Shown: piece after piece, positions 50,488-60,243 of the stretch
Numbering within the stretch: position 1 is the first letter of the stretch
Layout: each line of letters opens with the position of its first letter
Origin: a virus
Taxonomy: Duplodnaviria; Caudoviricetes
IMG/VR virus record: IMGVR_UViG_2600254917_000001
Span: 31,254 to 95,253 of that record
Length of the DNA stretch: 64,000 nt
Strand: one strand, 5' to 3'
The notes under the pieces: model-generated
What the model was told of the DNA's origin: nothing
Seen by the model: only the letters and a program-made list of their open reading frames with translations
Databases searched by the model: none
Made by a program: the position numbers and the translations under genes

Positions 50488-51263
50488 ATGGAAAATTAAC
50501 CGGTTGTTACCGCGCGCGTGTTGTCGATGTAAAGCACCCGAAAAGCCTCATGATGGCCAAAGTGAGTGTAGACGCGTTGTGGCATGGTGTACCAGATGAT
50601 GCCTGCCCCTGGGCTGAGTACAATCTTGAGATCGGCGGTGCGTTTGCCCCATGCAAAATCGGAGACTTGGTCTGGGTGGACTTTCCGTATGAAGGGGACT
50701 CTCGGCGACCGCGTATAATCGGAGCCTGTCAGGATGCACCTGGTGGCGAGCCTAATGTCCCACCGGAGAGCTGGGGCGGTGCTGATGCGTATCAACCTCC
50801 TGAAATTGATGATGCACCGCCGTTGCGCGAGCTTAAGCCGACGGAAGATTATGTGTATAACCGCAATGGTCTACTTGAGATACGAACGGGAGGCGGTGGC
50901 TGGAGTGTTACTCACCTTGCTAGTGATACGACGATGGGCATGAACGAGAACGGGCAGATATTCATTATTAGCTCGCAGAACGTGTTTGTTCAGGGCGCAA
51001 CCGGCGTAAAAGTGAAATCAGGGGCAGACCTTGAACTGGAAGCAGCAGGGGATATCAAATTGAAAGCGGGTGGAATGGTCGAGTCGACAGCTGGTAGCGA
51101 CACAGAATTTAAATCCGTAGGCTCATTTAGCGTCAACAGCGGACAGAACACCAAAATAATTTCTGAGGGCTCATTTAGTGCCACCAGCGGGAAAAACACT
51201 GAGATCATATCGGGCATGTCATTCAATTCGACGAGTAAGCTCGTCACTTTCATGCAGGGATAG
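50484..51263 (+). CDS. Baseplate spike (gp5/gpV-like)
   Basis: YRARVVDV..PWAEY..GDLVWVDF..GDSRRPRI OB fold plus beta-helix-like repeats. Confidence 0.8.
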   Translation: MNGKLTGCYRARVVDVKHPKSLMMAKVSVDALWHGVPDDACPWAEYNLEIGGAFAPCKIGDLVWVDFPYEGDSRRPRIIGACQDAPGGEPNVPPESWGGADAYQPPEIDDAPPLRELKPTEDYVYNRNGLLEIRTGGGGWSVTHLASDTTMGMNENGQIFIISSQNVFVQGATGVKVKSGADLELEAAGDIKLKAGGMVESTAGSDTEFKSVGSFSVNSGQNTKIISEGSFSATSGKNTEIISGMSFNSTSKLVTFMQG

Positions 51264-51296
51264 AAGCAGAAGCTGGCTCTCACCAGCTTCTGATTG

Positions 51297-51407
51297 TTAC
51301 AAAATTAAAGGTAATGCAACGATCCCGAGAATAACTAAAGCGAATACTATTGTTAAGACCTGCGCAGTTACTGATGCCTTTAAAAAAGCACCAAATACAT
51401 CTGCCAT
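51297..51407 (-). CDS. Hydrophobic 36-aa peptide, candidate type I toxin
   Basis: MADVFGAFLKASVTAQVLTIVFALVILGIVALPLIL; AGGAG RBS paired by CTCCTAT; terminator about 51268-51291. Confidence 0.55.
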   Translation of the reverse strand: MADVFGAFLKASVTAQVLTIVFALVILGIVALPLIL

Positions 51408-51491
51408 AAAGCTCTCCTATAAAATTCAGGGCATAGGAGCACCGCCGTACAATCGGTTGACGCGGATTTACCCGACGGGTAATATCTCTAT

Positions 51492-51594
51492 TGACTTATA
51501 TGCCACCAATTCCAAAGCGGTGCATAGTTTCGAGACAATTTGCGGTTGTCCTCGAAGTTGAAAAAGAATCTGATTGCGTCAGGTTCTTTTTTTT
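51492..51594 (+). ncRNA. Candidate cis-antisense antitoxin sRNA
   Basis: TTGACG-17-TAATAT promoter; terminator 51561-51594. Confidence 0.5.
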
Positions 51595-51744
51595 CGCCTC
51601 AACAAGTTGATAAGGCCTTCATTCACTGACATTTCTATGCTTTGCCAGTGAATGTGCAAAGTTTACCATTTCCGCGGAGTGGCATGCATTGCTAATTGGG
51701 CAAAAAAAACAAATATTTACCATAACACACTGATATAAATGGAA

Positions 51745-52425
51745 TTATTTTTGTGATTTCTTCTCTATCTTTTGTTTTTTGGGGATTTTTTCACCAATTG
51801 ACTGTAGATTGTCAGTGTTTAAAAAAGCTCTTTGTATGAAGCTTTCAAGTACGTTCAATAATTTTTTAAATTCCTCTTCGGTGGGATGCCAACCTCTATG
51901 AGCAGCAGCGCTTCCGGCCTCGGTTACAATCATTAACTGTTTGCGCTCTTCAGTTCCGATAAATCCCTTTTCGAAAGCCAGCGAAACCTTCTTTACCATC
52001 GGATTGCCACTTTCTATATCTAATGCCTCAGTCGCACAATCGAAAGCCGTTCTTAAGCCAATCGAGGCCAAAATATACGATTCTCTTTCGTACGCTTCAT
52101 AAACCTCACTTAAGATCCGATACAGACGCTTATCTTTCAAATAGACTTGGTCCAGCCATTCAGGTTTTGCCTTTGGTGAGTCAGGGGTTGGAAAAGTAAC
52201 TATTTCGTAATCGACCTTATCGTGCGTGATACCTTCAGTGTCCCATGATTTTCTTAGATAAAAGATTGTGTTACACCCACAGCATTCAAGCAGCAAATGG
52301 TCAACTTCCCCATAAACACTGTTCCCGTCAAAATCTTGTTCCCATGTCTGTTCTTTTCTACCAATAACATCGGTATTGCACTCGCGGTGGCATGAAGGAC
52401 ATGGGGCTTTATAGTCGCCAGACAT
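51745..52425 (-). CDS. DUF4145 protein with Zn ribbon
   Basis: CPSC..CCGC; LASIGLRTAFD; AGSAAAHRG. Confidence 0.75.
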   Translation of the reverse strand: MSGDYKAPCPSCHRECNTDVIGRKEQTWEQDFDGNSVYGEVDHLLLECCGCNTIFYLRKSWDTEGITHDKVDYEIVTFPTPDSPKAKPEWLDQVYLKDKRLYRILSEVYEAYERESYILASIGLRTAFDCATEALDIESGNPMVKKVSLAFEKGFIGTEERKQLMIVTEAGSAAAHRGWHPTEEEFKKLLNVLESFIQRAFLNTDNLQSIGEKIPKKQKIEKKSQK

Positions 52426-52479
52426 TCTTATTACCTGGTTAGGTTATTAATGTAAAAAACCGGCATTAGCCGGTTTTCC

Positions 52480-52815
52480 TCAAGCCTGAATAAGGCGTTT
52501 GAACAGCAACTGCTGTATATCTTGCCGGTGCGCCAGAACGGCATGCGCTGTTACCGTGGTGCCGTCAACCGAATACAGCACCCGGTAGCCACTTGCGCTG
52601 TTAAACTCACGGTACTTCGCACACCCTATTTTCACCAGCTCAGGGCAAATCTGGCACCCCAGCGGGAACTGGCCGACAGTCTTTTCAAACTGTTCAATAA
52701 TCCCCTCAATCACCGGCCTGGGCTCTACATCAGCACGGCGGAGGAAACTCACTATATCTTCTAAGCAATACTTTGCAGTGAGCGTGTACTCAAAACTTAA
52801 CGGGCGGTTTTCCAT
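52480..52815 (-). CDS. RelE/ParE-family toxin
   Basis: YREFN..GYRVLY..HRQDIQQLL; follows antitoxin. Confidence 0.8.
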   Translation of the reverse strand: MENRPLSFEYTLTAKYCLEDIVSFLRRADVEPRPVIEGIIEQFEKTVGQFPLGCQICPELVKIGCAKYREFNSASGYRVLYSVDGTTVTAHAVLAHRQDIQQLLFKRLIQA

Positions 52816-52844
52816 GTAATGTCCTTGGGTTACGCCAGCGCCCC

Positions 52845-53078
52845 TTACCCCCCGATACCGTCCAGTAACTGTTCTCTTGAAAATACTTTGCCCTCGGCCT
52901 TGTCTCTTTCTGACAGGGTGAGTAGCTTCAAAAGTGCTATGGCGTTCTCGCGCTCCTGCTGCTGGTCATAAGACTCAATGACATAGGCGGGAACACCATT
53001 TTGGGTTACCAGGATCGGCTCGGAGAGATCGAGCGTGGCTGCGTTTTTTTTAACGTAGCTGATGGTTTCAACTTTCAT
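52845..53078 (-). CDS. Phd/YefM-family antitoxin
   Basis: [24 protein letters not shown]. Confidence 0.85.
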   Translation of the reverse strand: MKVETISYVKKNAATLDLSEPILVTQNGVPAYVIESYDQQQERENAIALLKLLTLSERDKAEGKVFSREQLLDGIGG

Positions 53079-53099
53079 GGACGTGATCTCTCGCTATGT

Positions 53100-53167
53100 C
53101 TGTTGTTTCTGTTGTTTCTGTTGTTTCTGTTATTTCTGTTGTTTCCGGTATTTCGGTTGTTTCTGGT
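53100..53167. repeat. 9-bp tandem repeat (CTGTTGTTT), about 7 degenerate units
   Basis: Seen directly between the predicted TA promoter and the antitoxin start. Confidence 0.85.
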
Positions 53168-53370
53168 ATGTCACAGTTTGAATATAGACCATATTTAGAC
53201 CGCACTCAAGGACAATCCATTTTGTATTCAAAGTGAGCAATTGATAGGCCTCTCCAAAAAATTTACAAACACTACAAACTCAACGCCGATAAAAACTTAG
53301 TAACGAAGCGGTTATGAAGTAGCCAAGGTAAACAAGCCAGCCATCTTGATCAACGCCATAGTTAAAACTA

Positions 53371-53386
53371 CTGTATATAAAAACAG
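53371..53386 (+). promoter_or_regulatory. LexA (SOS) box CTGTATATAAAAACAG
   Basis: CTG-N10-CAG consensus upstream of umuD. Confidence 0.9.
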
Positions 53387-53403
53387 TGATAAAGGTTTAC
53401 ATC

Positions 53404-53823
53404 ATGGAATTCTACCGACCAGCAGAGTTACGCGAAATTATTGCTCTCCCACTTTTCAGTGACTTAGTGCAGTGCGGATTCCCTAGCCCCGCGGCTGATT
53501 ACGTTGAACAGCGCATCGATCTCAATGAGTTGCTAGTCGCTCACCCCAGCTCGACCTATTTCGTCAAAGCCGCGGGTGATTCAATGATCGAGGGAGGCAT
53601 TAATGACGGTGATCTGCTGGTGGTGGATAGTTCGCGAACAGCTGAACATGGAGATATCGTTATCGCTGCGGTTGAAGGGGAATTCACTGTTAAACGTCTG
53701 CAGCTGCGGCCGACCGTGCAACTTAATCCGATGAACAGCGCCTACAGTCCGATTGTTGTAGGCAGCGAAGACACTCTGGACGTCTTTGGTGTTGTGACTT
53801 TCATCGTTAAATCGGCGAGTTGA
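53404..53823 (+). CDS. umuD: UmuD
   Basis: [20 protein letters not shown]. Confidence 0.95.
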   Translation: MEFYRPAELREIIALPLFSDLVQCGFPSPAADYVEQRIDLNELLVAHPSSTYFVKAAGDSMIEGGINDGDLLVVDSSRTAEHGDIVIAAVEGEFTVKRLQLRPTVQLNPMNSAYSPIVVGSEDTLDVFGVVTFIVKSAS

Positions 53824-53825
53824 GA

Positions 53826-55094
53826 ATGTTTGCGCTCTGTGATGTGAATTCGTTCTACGCATCATGCGAGACGGTGTTCCGGCCTGATTTAAAAGGGCGA
53901 CCAGTGGTCGTTCTATCAAATAACGATGGCTGTGTGATAGCTCGAAGCGCTGAAGCAAAGGCCGCTGGGATAGCTATGGGGGAGCCATTTTTCAAGCAAA
54001 AAGATCTCTTCCGCCGCGCTGGGGTTATTTGCTTCAGCTCCAATTATGAGCTCTATGCAGACATGAGCCAGCGAGTAATGACGACGCTTGAGGAAATGAG
54101 CCCCCGCGTCGAAATTTACAGTATCGATGAAGCCTTTTGTGATCTGGCCGGAGTGCGAAACTGCCGAGACCTGACTGACTTTGGTAAAGAAATCCGAGCT
54201 ACGGTTCTGAAGCGTACACACCTTACCGTTGGTGTTGGCATTGCACAGACCAAAACCCTCGCTAAACTCGCCAACCACGCAGCAAAAAAATGGCAAAAGC
54301 AGACGGGTGGCGTTGTGGATCTGTCGAACGTCGATCGCCAGCGCCGGTTGATGTCTATCGTTCCCGTAGAGGATGTTTGGGGTGTCGGCAGACGCATCAG
54401 CAAGAAGCTTAACGCAATGGGCATCAAAACTGCTCTGGACCTCTCAGAACAGAGCACGTGGATTATCAGAAAGCACTTCAATGTTGTGCTGGAGCGCACG
54501 GTCCGGGAACTGCGCGGCGAGCCATGTTTGGAACTGGAAGAGTTCGCGCCGGTGAAACAAGAGATCGTCTGTTCCCGTTCCTTCGGTGAGCGCATCACTG
54601 AGTACGAAGAAATGCGCCAGGCGATATGTTCATATGCAGCTCGTGGGGCAGAAAAGCTACGAGGGGAACATCAGTACTGCAGGTACATATCGGCATTTGT
54701 GAAAACTTCCCCGTTCGCCTTGAACGAGCCATATTACGGCAATAGCGCATCGGTAAGGCTGCTCACACCAACGCAAGATAGCCGCGACATCATAAACGCC
54801 GCGACGCGTTGCCTGGACACCATCTGGAAAGATGGCCATCGATACCAAAAGGCTGGGATCATGCTCGGTGATTTTTTCAGCCAAGGGGTTGCCCAGCTTA
54901 ATCTCTTTGACGACAACGCCCCAAGAGGGGATAGCGCGCAACTGATGAATGTTATCGACCAGCTCAACGCAAAGGGGGGGAAAGGTACGCTCTACTTTGC
55001 TGGGCAAGGCATTCAGCAGAAGTGGCAGATGAAGCGTGAGATGTTATCACCACGTTATACCACCCGAATTAATGATGTGTTATGTGTGCGTTAG
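53826..55094 (+). CDS. umuC: UmuC Y-family polymerase
   Basis: [23 protein letters not shown]. Confidence 0.95.
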   Translation: MFALCDVNSFYASCETVFRPDLKGRPVVVLSNNDGCVIARSAEAKAAGIAMGEPFFKQKDLFRRAGVICFSSNYELYADMSQRVMTTLEEMSPRVEIYSIDEAFCDLAGVRNCRDLTDFGKEIRATVLKRTHLTVGVGIAQTKTLAKLANHAAKKWQKQTGGVVDLSNVDRQRRLMSIVPVEDVWGVGRRISKKLNAMGIKTALDLSEQSTWIIRKHFNVVLERTVRELRGEPCLELEEFAPVKQEIVCSRSFGERITEYEEMRQAICSYAARGAEKLRGEHQYCRYISAFVKTSPFALNEPYYGNSASVRLLTPTQDSRDIINAATRCLDTIWKDGHRYQKAGIMLGDFFSQGVAQLNLFDDNAPRGDSAQLMNVIDQLNAKGGKGTLYFAGQGIQQKWQMKREMLSPRYTTRINDVLCVR

Positions 55095-55184
55095 TTCGCA
55101 TGATTAATCACCGATTCCTTGTGTTCAAAACGAAAAAAAACTAACATAAAATCTGCTTAACGCAACACAGGGTATCTAAACAGT

Positions 55185-55853
55185 ATGGATGACATTAAAC
55201 AACAGATTGATGATGTTCTTACAGCAGCCTTTAGCAGGGAGTTTTGGCTGGATCTGCATGAGGAGCTATCAATAACCTATGCAGCCTGCCAAGCCGTAGC
55301 AACAGGTAATACGCTGAAGCTGGGGGAACCAGAACTCATTAGAACTAGAGCGCAAATTAGACATTACGGCTTAAACTCAGCCTTAAGAAGAGCCGCTCAA
55401 CGTTCTGGCTATGCTTCATTCGACGCCGAGACCAATCCCAAAGGTGAAAACTATGTGATTGTAAGTTCTCAAGGTGTCCGGGCAAGCCGGATTGGTGTAA
55501 ATCACAACAAACTAGATATAAAAGCAGCAAAACATCGTTCTTTGTTAGCGGAGCTCAACCAAGACCTTGAAGGGTTCACTCCTGATATGTTCAACTTGGT
55601 CTCCCAAAAAAGTCCTGCGGAAGAAAGAGGCAGCTTAGGGGTGCTTTTTTTAAACGTTAATCCACCTCTTAACGTTGGGCAAGACAGAATGCTTGACTTA
55701 AGGGTGGTGGTTCCTTTCACAAATTTGAAAGGCTCTCACTATAATCGTTCGATTGGTGAGATCCTGGGGCTCTATGCTGTCGAAAGGGAAGTTGTCATTC
55801 CTGACTTGGCGATTCCAGTATTGAGGAAGCGTCTACGGGAACAAGAAGGTTAA
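55185..55853 (+). CDS. Hypothetical protein, partner of HTH-metallopeptidase
   Basis: 222 aa, 12 bp upstream of the peptidase gene. Confidence 0.65.
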   Translation: MDDIKQQIDDVLTAAFSREFWLDLHEELSITYAACQAVATGNTLKLGEPELIRTRAQIRHYGLNSALRRAAQRSGYASFDAETNPKGENYVIVSSQGVRASRIGVNHNKLDIKAAKHRSLLAELNQDLEGFTPDMFNLVSQKSPAEERGSLGVLFLNVNPPLNVGQDRMLDLRVVVPFTNLKGSHYNRSIGEILGLYAVEREVVIPDLAIPVLRKRLREQEG

Positions 55854-55865
55854 CTTGGTGATTTT

Positions 55866-57086
55866 ATGAGAGTGGGTATTTCTGGATTCCAACCAGAGCG
55901 TCTAACACAATTACGAGAGGCTAGAGGATTGTCAAAAATCAGCCTCGGACGGTTAGTTGAGCGCTCTCCCTCGACAGTTACGAAGTGGGAAAATGGAAGT
56001 CATTCTCCTGATGCAGAGGTGTTGACTCTGCTCGGCCGGGTGTTGAACTGCCCTGTTGCATGGTTCACTAAGCCATTGCATGAGAAGGAGAATAACCCAG
56101 TCTTTTTTAGAACGCTGTCAACGACGGCGAAGGATCTTTGCATCGCTTCAGAAAAGTACATGGAGTGGTTACAAGAAGCAGCAAACTTTCTTCAAGAGTA
56201 CTTGGACTTACCTGCAGTAAATGTCCCGAGTATTCAAGTAGATGATTACCGAGCGATAGACGATGAGACTATTGAGGTAATGGCAGCTAAATGCCGAGAA
56301 ACATGGGGGCTAGGAATTGCTCCAGTAAGTGATTTAACTCTTGTGCTAGAGAATGCTGGAATTATTTGCTCTCGCTTCGAGCAAGGTAGTGCAATGATGG
56401 ATGGATATTCGCAGTGGAACGAGGCTGAGAAGAGACCTTATATCATCCTTGCTACAGATAAAGATAATTATTACAGAAGCAGATTCGATGCTGCCCATGA
56501 ACTGGGACATATCGTCTTGCATCGCAATATTAAGCGATTAGACAATGTTAACTTTAAGCCCATTGAGGAACAGGCACATAAGTTTGCAGCTTGTTTCATG
56601 TTACCAGAAGAATCATTTTCAATTGAGTTACCCCCATACCCTACCTTGGAAAATTTTGTGTCATTGAAAGCGCGATGGGGTATGTCGGCACAGTCGATGA
56701 TTCATCGTGCCAAATCGCTTGAACTCATCTCACCTATTGAGTATCAACGTTTGTACAAGAGTGTCTCAGCCCGGGGATGGCGAAAAGGAGAACCGCTAGA
56801 TGATCTTCGTAAGCCGGAGTCAGTGAGACTTCTTCCGCGTTGCGTCAATCTTTTAATTGATGCAGGCGTATTTACTAAAAGCCAGCTTTTGGAAGGGTTA
56901 TGTATGTCAAGATCTGATGTTGAGGACCTCTTTTCTCTTCCTCGGGGATATTTGACAGAGTCCAAAATCATGGAGTTAGAAAGTCGTATAAAAATAAAAA
57001 ATACGCATTTTTCAGACGAAAAGACCATAGTCAATGACAATACTCGCAAAACAAATGTTGTTGACTTATTCAAAGATAGTAAATAA
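55866..57086 (+). CDS. XRE-HTH plus ImmA/IrrE Zn metallopeptidase
   Basis: LREARGLS..VTKWENG HTH; RFDAAHELGH; EEQAHKFAACFM.P. Confidence 0.9.
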   Translation: MRVGISGFQPERLTQLREARGLSKISLGRLVERSPSTVTKWENGSHSPDAEVLTLLGRVLNCPVAWFTKPLHEKENNPVFFRTLSTTAKDLCIASEKYMEWLQEAANFLQEYLDLPAVNVPSIQVDDYRAIDDETIEVMAAKCRETWGLGIAPVSDLTLVLENAGIICSRFEQGSAMMDGYSQWNEAEKRPYIILATDKDNYYRSRFDAAHELGHIVLHRNIKRLDNVNFKPIEEQAHKFAACFMLPEESFSIELPPYPTLENFVSLKARWGMSAQSMIHRAKSLELISPIEYQRLYKSVSARGWRKGEPLDDLRKPESVRLLPRCVNLLIDAGVFTKSQLLEGLCMSRSDVEDLFSLPRGYLTESKIMELESRIKIKNTHFSDEKTIVNDNTRKTNVVDLFKDSK

Positions 57087-57148
57087 TTAGCGTGCTAGGG
57101 TATTAATATCCTAGCATAATCTTTTTTGTGTACATGGACTAATTATAG

Positions 57149-57910
57149 ATGGGAAAAACAACAGAATCTTTTTCTGAAGGGAAGTTTAAAAATACTATAG
57201 AACCTGCATTTTGTGAAAGGTGTAGAAGAGAGACAAAACATTCAATAGTTACTTCTTATGAACTTATAGGTCAAGAAGAATGTGGCCCCCATTGTTATAC
57301 CATTGACTGGCGAGACTCATATCAAGTTATCCAATGTCGCGGATGCGAAGAGCTTTCTTTTAGGAAAGAAAGCTGGTTTTCAGAAGATATGGGTTATATG
57401 GGAGATGATGATTTCTTTGATGGTAAAACGATTACACTTTATCCTAAACGTTCAGCGACAACCAGAACACCAAAGGATTTTTTAGAAGTACCTAGAAAAC
57501 TTCGCAATCTTTACATTGAGTCAATAGACACTTTCAACAATGACTCTTATATTCTAACAGCAGCAGGATTGAGAGCATTAATTGAGGGTTTGTGTGCCGA
57601 ACTTAATATTAAGGACGGGCCAGTTGAGCGAACAGAAAAAGGTATCACTAAAATTGTAAGGGCTCGAAACTTAGAAGGAAAAATCGCAGGCCTGAAAGAA
57701 AAAGGTATTCTTACTGCAGCTGGAGCTGTCTTCCTAAATGAACATAGATTCATGGGTAATGAAGCAGTGCATTCTCTAAGAAAACCGTCCCGAGAAGATA
57801 TATCATTGGCATTTGATCTTATTGAACATTGTTTCGATACTATCTTCGAAATGCCCGCTAAGGCAAGTGAATTAGTAGAGTCTCGAAAAAGACGCTCTGG
57901 CACTGAGTGA
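57149..57910 (+). CDS. DUF4145 protein with Zn ribbon
   Basis: CERC..CRGC; AAGLRALIE; RFMGNEAVH. Confidence 0.8.
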   Translation: MGKTTESFSEGKFKNTIEPAFCERCRRETKHSIVTSYELIGQEECGPHCYTIDWRDSYQVIQCRGCEELSFRKESWFSEDMGYMGDDDFFDGKTITLYPKRSATTRTPKDFLEVPRKLRNLYIESIDTFNNDSYILTAAGLRALIEGLCAELNIKDGPVERTEKGITKIVRARNLEGKIAGLKEKGILTAAGAVFLNEHRFMGNEAVHSLRKPSREDISLAFDLIEHCFDTIFEMPAKASELVESRKRRSGTE

Positions 57911-57978
57911 AGGTACTATCTGCGTACAATGACTTATATCTATTTTTGTTAAACATCAAGGAATACAGAGTTTTTGTA

Positions 57979-58452
57979 ATGAACCAAATTAATGAAATAA
58001 AGAAAATAACAACTTCGACTCAAATGAGAATGTCACTCAAAACGCAAAAACGAATAGAAAGAACAATGCTTTTGACATCTTTATTTATGGTTTTATTCAT
58101 TATTGCAGCTGAAAAATATACAATACCTCACTTTCAAACCTTGATTTCAATCACCATAACTACCAGCGTAGCATCTATATACTTGTTATTTATTTACCTT
58201 CAGTACGGTAGGCAACCAGAAAACCAAAAACGATTAAAGGCTTACATCGATGCATTTGCCAATGCATTAGCACTATTTGCTATAATTGTTACATTTATAT
58301 CTTTTGTTGTATATGGGAAAGCCAGCGCATTATACACTTCATTAGCCTCAACACCATCGCCGGAAGTAATTTTTGGCGTTATTATAGGTGTGTTGTCTTC
58401 ACGAGTCCTATTTCCTTTCTGGGACTTACACTCTAAATATAAAAAAAACTGA
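57979..58452 (+). CDS. Four-TM membrane protein
   Basis: Four hydrophobic segments; very AT-rich. Confidence 0.6.
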   Translation: MNQINEIKKITTSTQMRMSLKTQKRIERTMLLTSLFMVLFIIAAEKYTIPHFQTLISITITTSVASIYLLFIYLQYGRQPENQKRLKAYIDAFANALALFAIIVTFISFVVYGKASALYTSLASTPSPEVIFGVIIGVLSSRVLFPFWDLHSKYKKN

Positions 58453-58502
58453 CAACTTTCAACTGGCTCCCCGTGGCACTAGCATTTTTATTATTTAAAA
58501 TG

Positions 58503-59180
58503 CTAACGAACAATGGGGTCTATCAACTTGGACCCTTGGTTCCTTGGGTTCCCGATCGCCTGCGAAATAGGATACCAAATAAATTTATCAGCAGAGATTC
58601 CCCCACTCGCTACAAGCTCACTTGCGGCATCACTGCTGGTGGACCGGCTCATCCAGGCGAGGGCCGCATCAGGCGCCAGCACGACAGGCCTGCGGTCATG
58701 AATATCCACCAGCCCCTGGTCCGCAGCCGCGGTAACAATGACAAATCCCTCGTTCTCGTCTCCGCGATCGAAAGGCGCGCTGCCGATACAGGCAAAAAAG
58801 AGCGGCTGGCCATCTTTTCGGTGAATGAAGTACGGTTGCTTCTTATCCCCTTCCCTTTTCCATTCATACCAGCCATCCGAGAAGCATATTGCCCGGCCGT
58901 TCTCCCAGAGATGTTTGAACATGGGCTTAGTGGCGGCGGTTTCTCCCCTGGCGTTGATAAGTGCAGGCTTGTTCCACCAGCTGGGTGCATATCCCCAATG
59001 GACAGGATCAAGGTGCAGTTCGTCGTCCCGTTCATTCAGCAGCAAAACCCGGGTGCCCGGCGCAACGTTATACAGCCCAATTGGCTCGGGATCGCGAGGA
59101 ATGGAGCTGGTGGCCTGTTCGTCGGCGAGTAAAGCCAAGTAGTCATCTCGTGACATTGACTGGGCGAAGCGTCCACACAT
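58503..59180 (-). CDS. yedK: SRAP/YedK abasic-site protecting protein
   Basis: MCGRF N-terminus, INARGET, GWYEW, IHDRRPV. Confidence 0.92.
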   Translation of the reverse strand: MCGRFAQSMSRDDYLALLADEQATSSIPRDPEPIGLYNVAPGTRVLLLNERDDELHLDPVHWGYAPSWWNKPALINARGETAATKPMFKHLWENGRAICFSDGWYEWKREGDKKQPYFIHRKDGQPLFFACIGSAPFDRGDENEGFVIVTAAADQGLVDIHDRRPVVLAPDAALAWMSRSTSSDAASELVASGGISADKFIWYPISQAIGNPRNQGSKLIDPIVR

Positions 59181-59320
59181 AGAAAACCTCCAGAAACCGT
59201 ATTATAGGAAGTATAGTCACTTGCTGGTGGTCCAATATCTGAATGGGCAGGGATTGCTCGCTTACAGACACACCCGGAAGGTATAATTGCTATAGGACAA
59301 AAGAAAAAGGGCGACATGAA

Positions 59321-59896
59321 GTGAGCTTTCTATCTACACGGCAAATCCATGAGCACTGTCTTGCCACTACACAAGAGGCTATTGAAACTATTGGGTGGAC
59401 CAATATCTCTGTGGGCATACTGAGTGAAGAAGATAAACGCGAACTCGAAGAAGCTGATTTTGACAGTCCCCTGGACTGGCGTTGGGCGATGCAGGCTTAT
59501 AGCGGCAATGCTGATGACGGAATACTGGATATCACTTTAAAGCTGATCGACCGCGACGAGCCAGAACTGCTACAGGGAGTCATAATTTGTAAGTACGACA
59601 CTCGGCGTGACCAATTTTCAATTTGCATGTTAGAAAACTTCATTTCATTTGAAGAAACTGATCTGACTGGCAAGGTGTTAATCATTGCTCTTATTTACGC
59701 GACTACCTTCTGCCAGATCGCTGAACTTGACGATGTTTACATTCAAGACCCGACTGAAGATGCAAAACCACGTTATAGAAGTTACGGGTTTGCTCAGGTA
59801 TGGAATGACCACGATAAGATGTCGGCCGATGTACGCGACATACTCGACACCATACGAATGAAGGTAAATGGCATTGACCCTGATGACGAATGGTAA
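59321..59896 (+). CDS. Acidic hypothetical protein, possibly GNAT-like
   Basis: ICMLENF..LTGKVL..VYIQDP..YRSYGF pattern; start uncertain. Confidence 0.55.
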   Translation: MSFLSTRQIHEHCLATTQEAIETIGWTNISVGILSEEDKRELEEADFDSPLDWRWAMQAYSGNADDGILDITLKLIDRDEPELLQGVIICKYDTRRDQFSICMLENFISFEETDLTGKVLIIALIYATTFCQIAELDDVYIQDPTEDAKPRYRSYGFAQVWNDHDKMSADVRDILDTIRMKVNGIDPDDEW

Positions 59897-59983
59897 CCAA
59901 CATAAGCAGTCGACTGGCTGTTTGTTTAATGAACGCAATTGTTATAAAATTAGTCATGAAGGCTCTAGCCAGAGAGGTTAAAT

Positions 59984-60154
59984 ATGAATAAGCAAAATAA
60001 AAGAATCACCCCTGATAAAGCTATGGCTGCCGCGAAATGTTCACTCGACTTCTGGACTTCCATCGACGGCAACAAGCTTGCCAAGGTTGGCCGGAAGGAA
60101 AAAGACATGGATATGGTCGGGCCGAAGAAAGGCGTAAAGCCAGTAAGCCTCTGA
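59984..60154 (+). CDS. Small basic protein (56 aa)
   Basis: GAGG RBS, MNKQNKRITPDKAM; terminator about 60182-60208. Confidence 0.5.
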   Translation: MNKQNKRITPDKAMAAAKCSLDFWTSIDGNKLAKVGRKEKDMDMVGPKKGVKPVSL

Positions 60155-60243
60155 TAATATGCATCATACCGTTCAATAAGTAAGGCTCCCACTGGGAGCC
60201 TTTTTTATTCGTTAAAGCCGTTCCACAGCGGCCACAACATCCA

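Noticed and set aside
53001-53198. ORF with LLF repeats resembling a membrane peptide
   Set aside because: Artefact of translating the 9-bp repeat on the non-coding strand; overlaps the antitoxin gene.
58473-59132. 219-aa + strand ORF
   Set aside because: Antisense to the well-supported SRAP/yedK gene.
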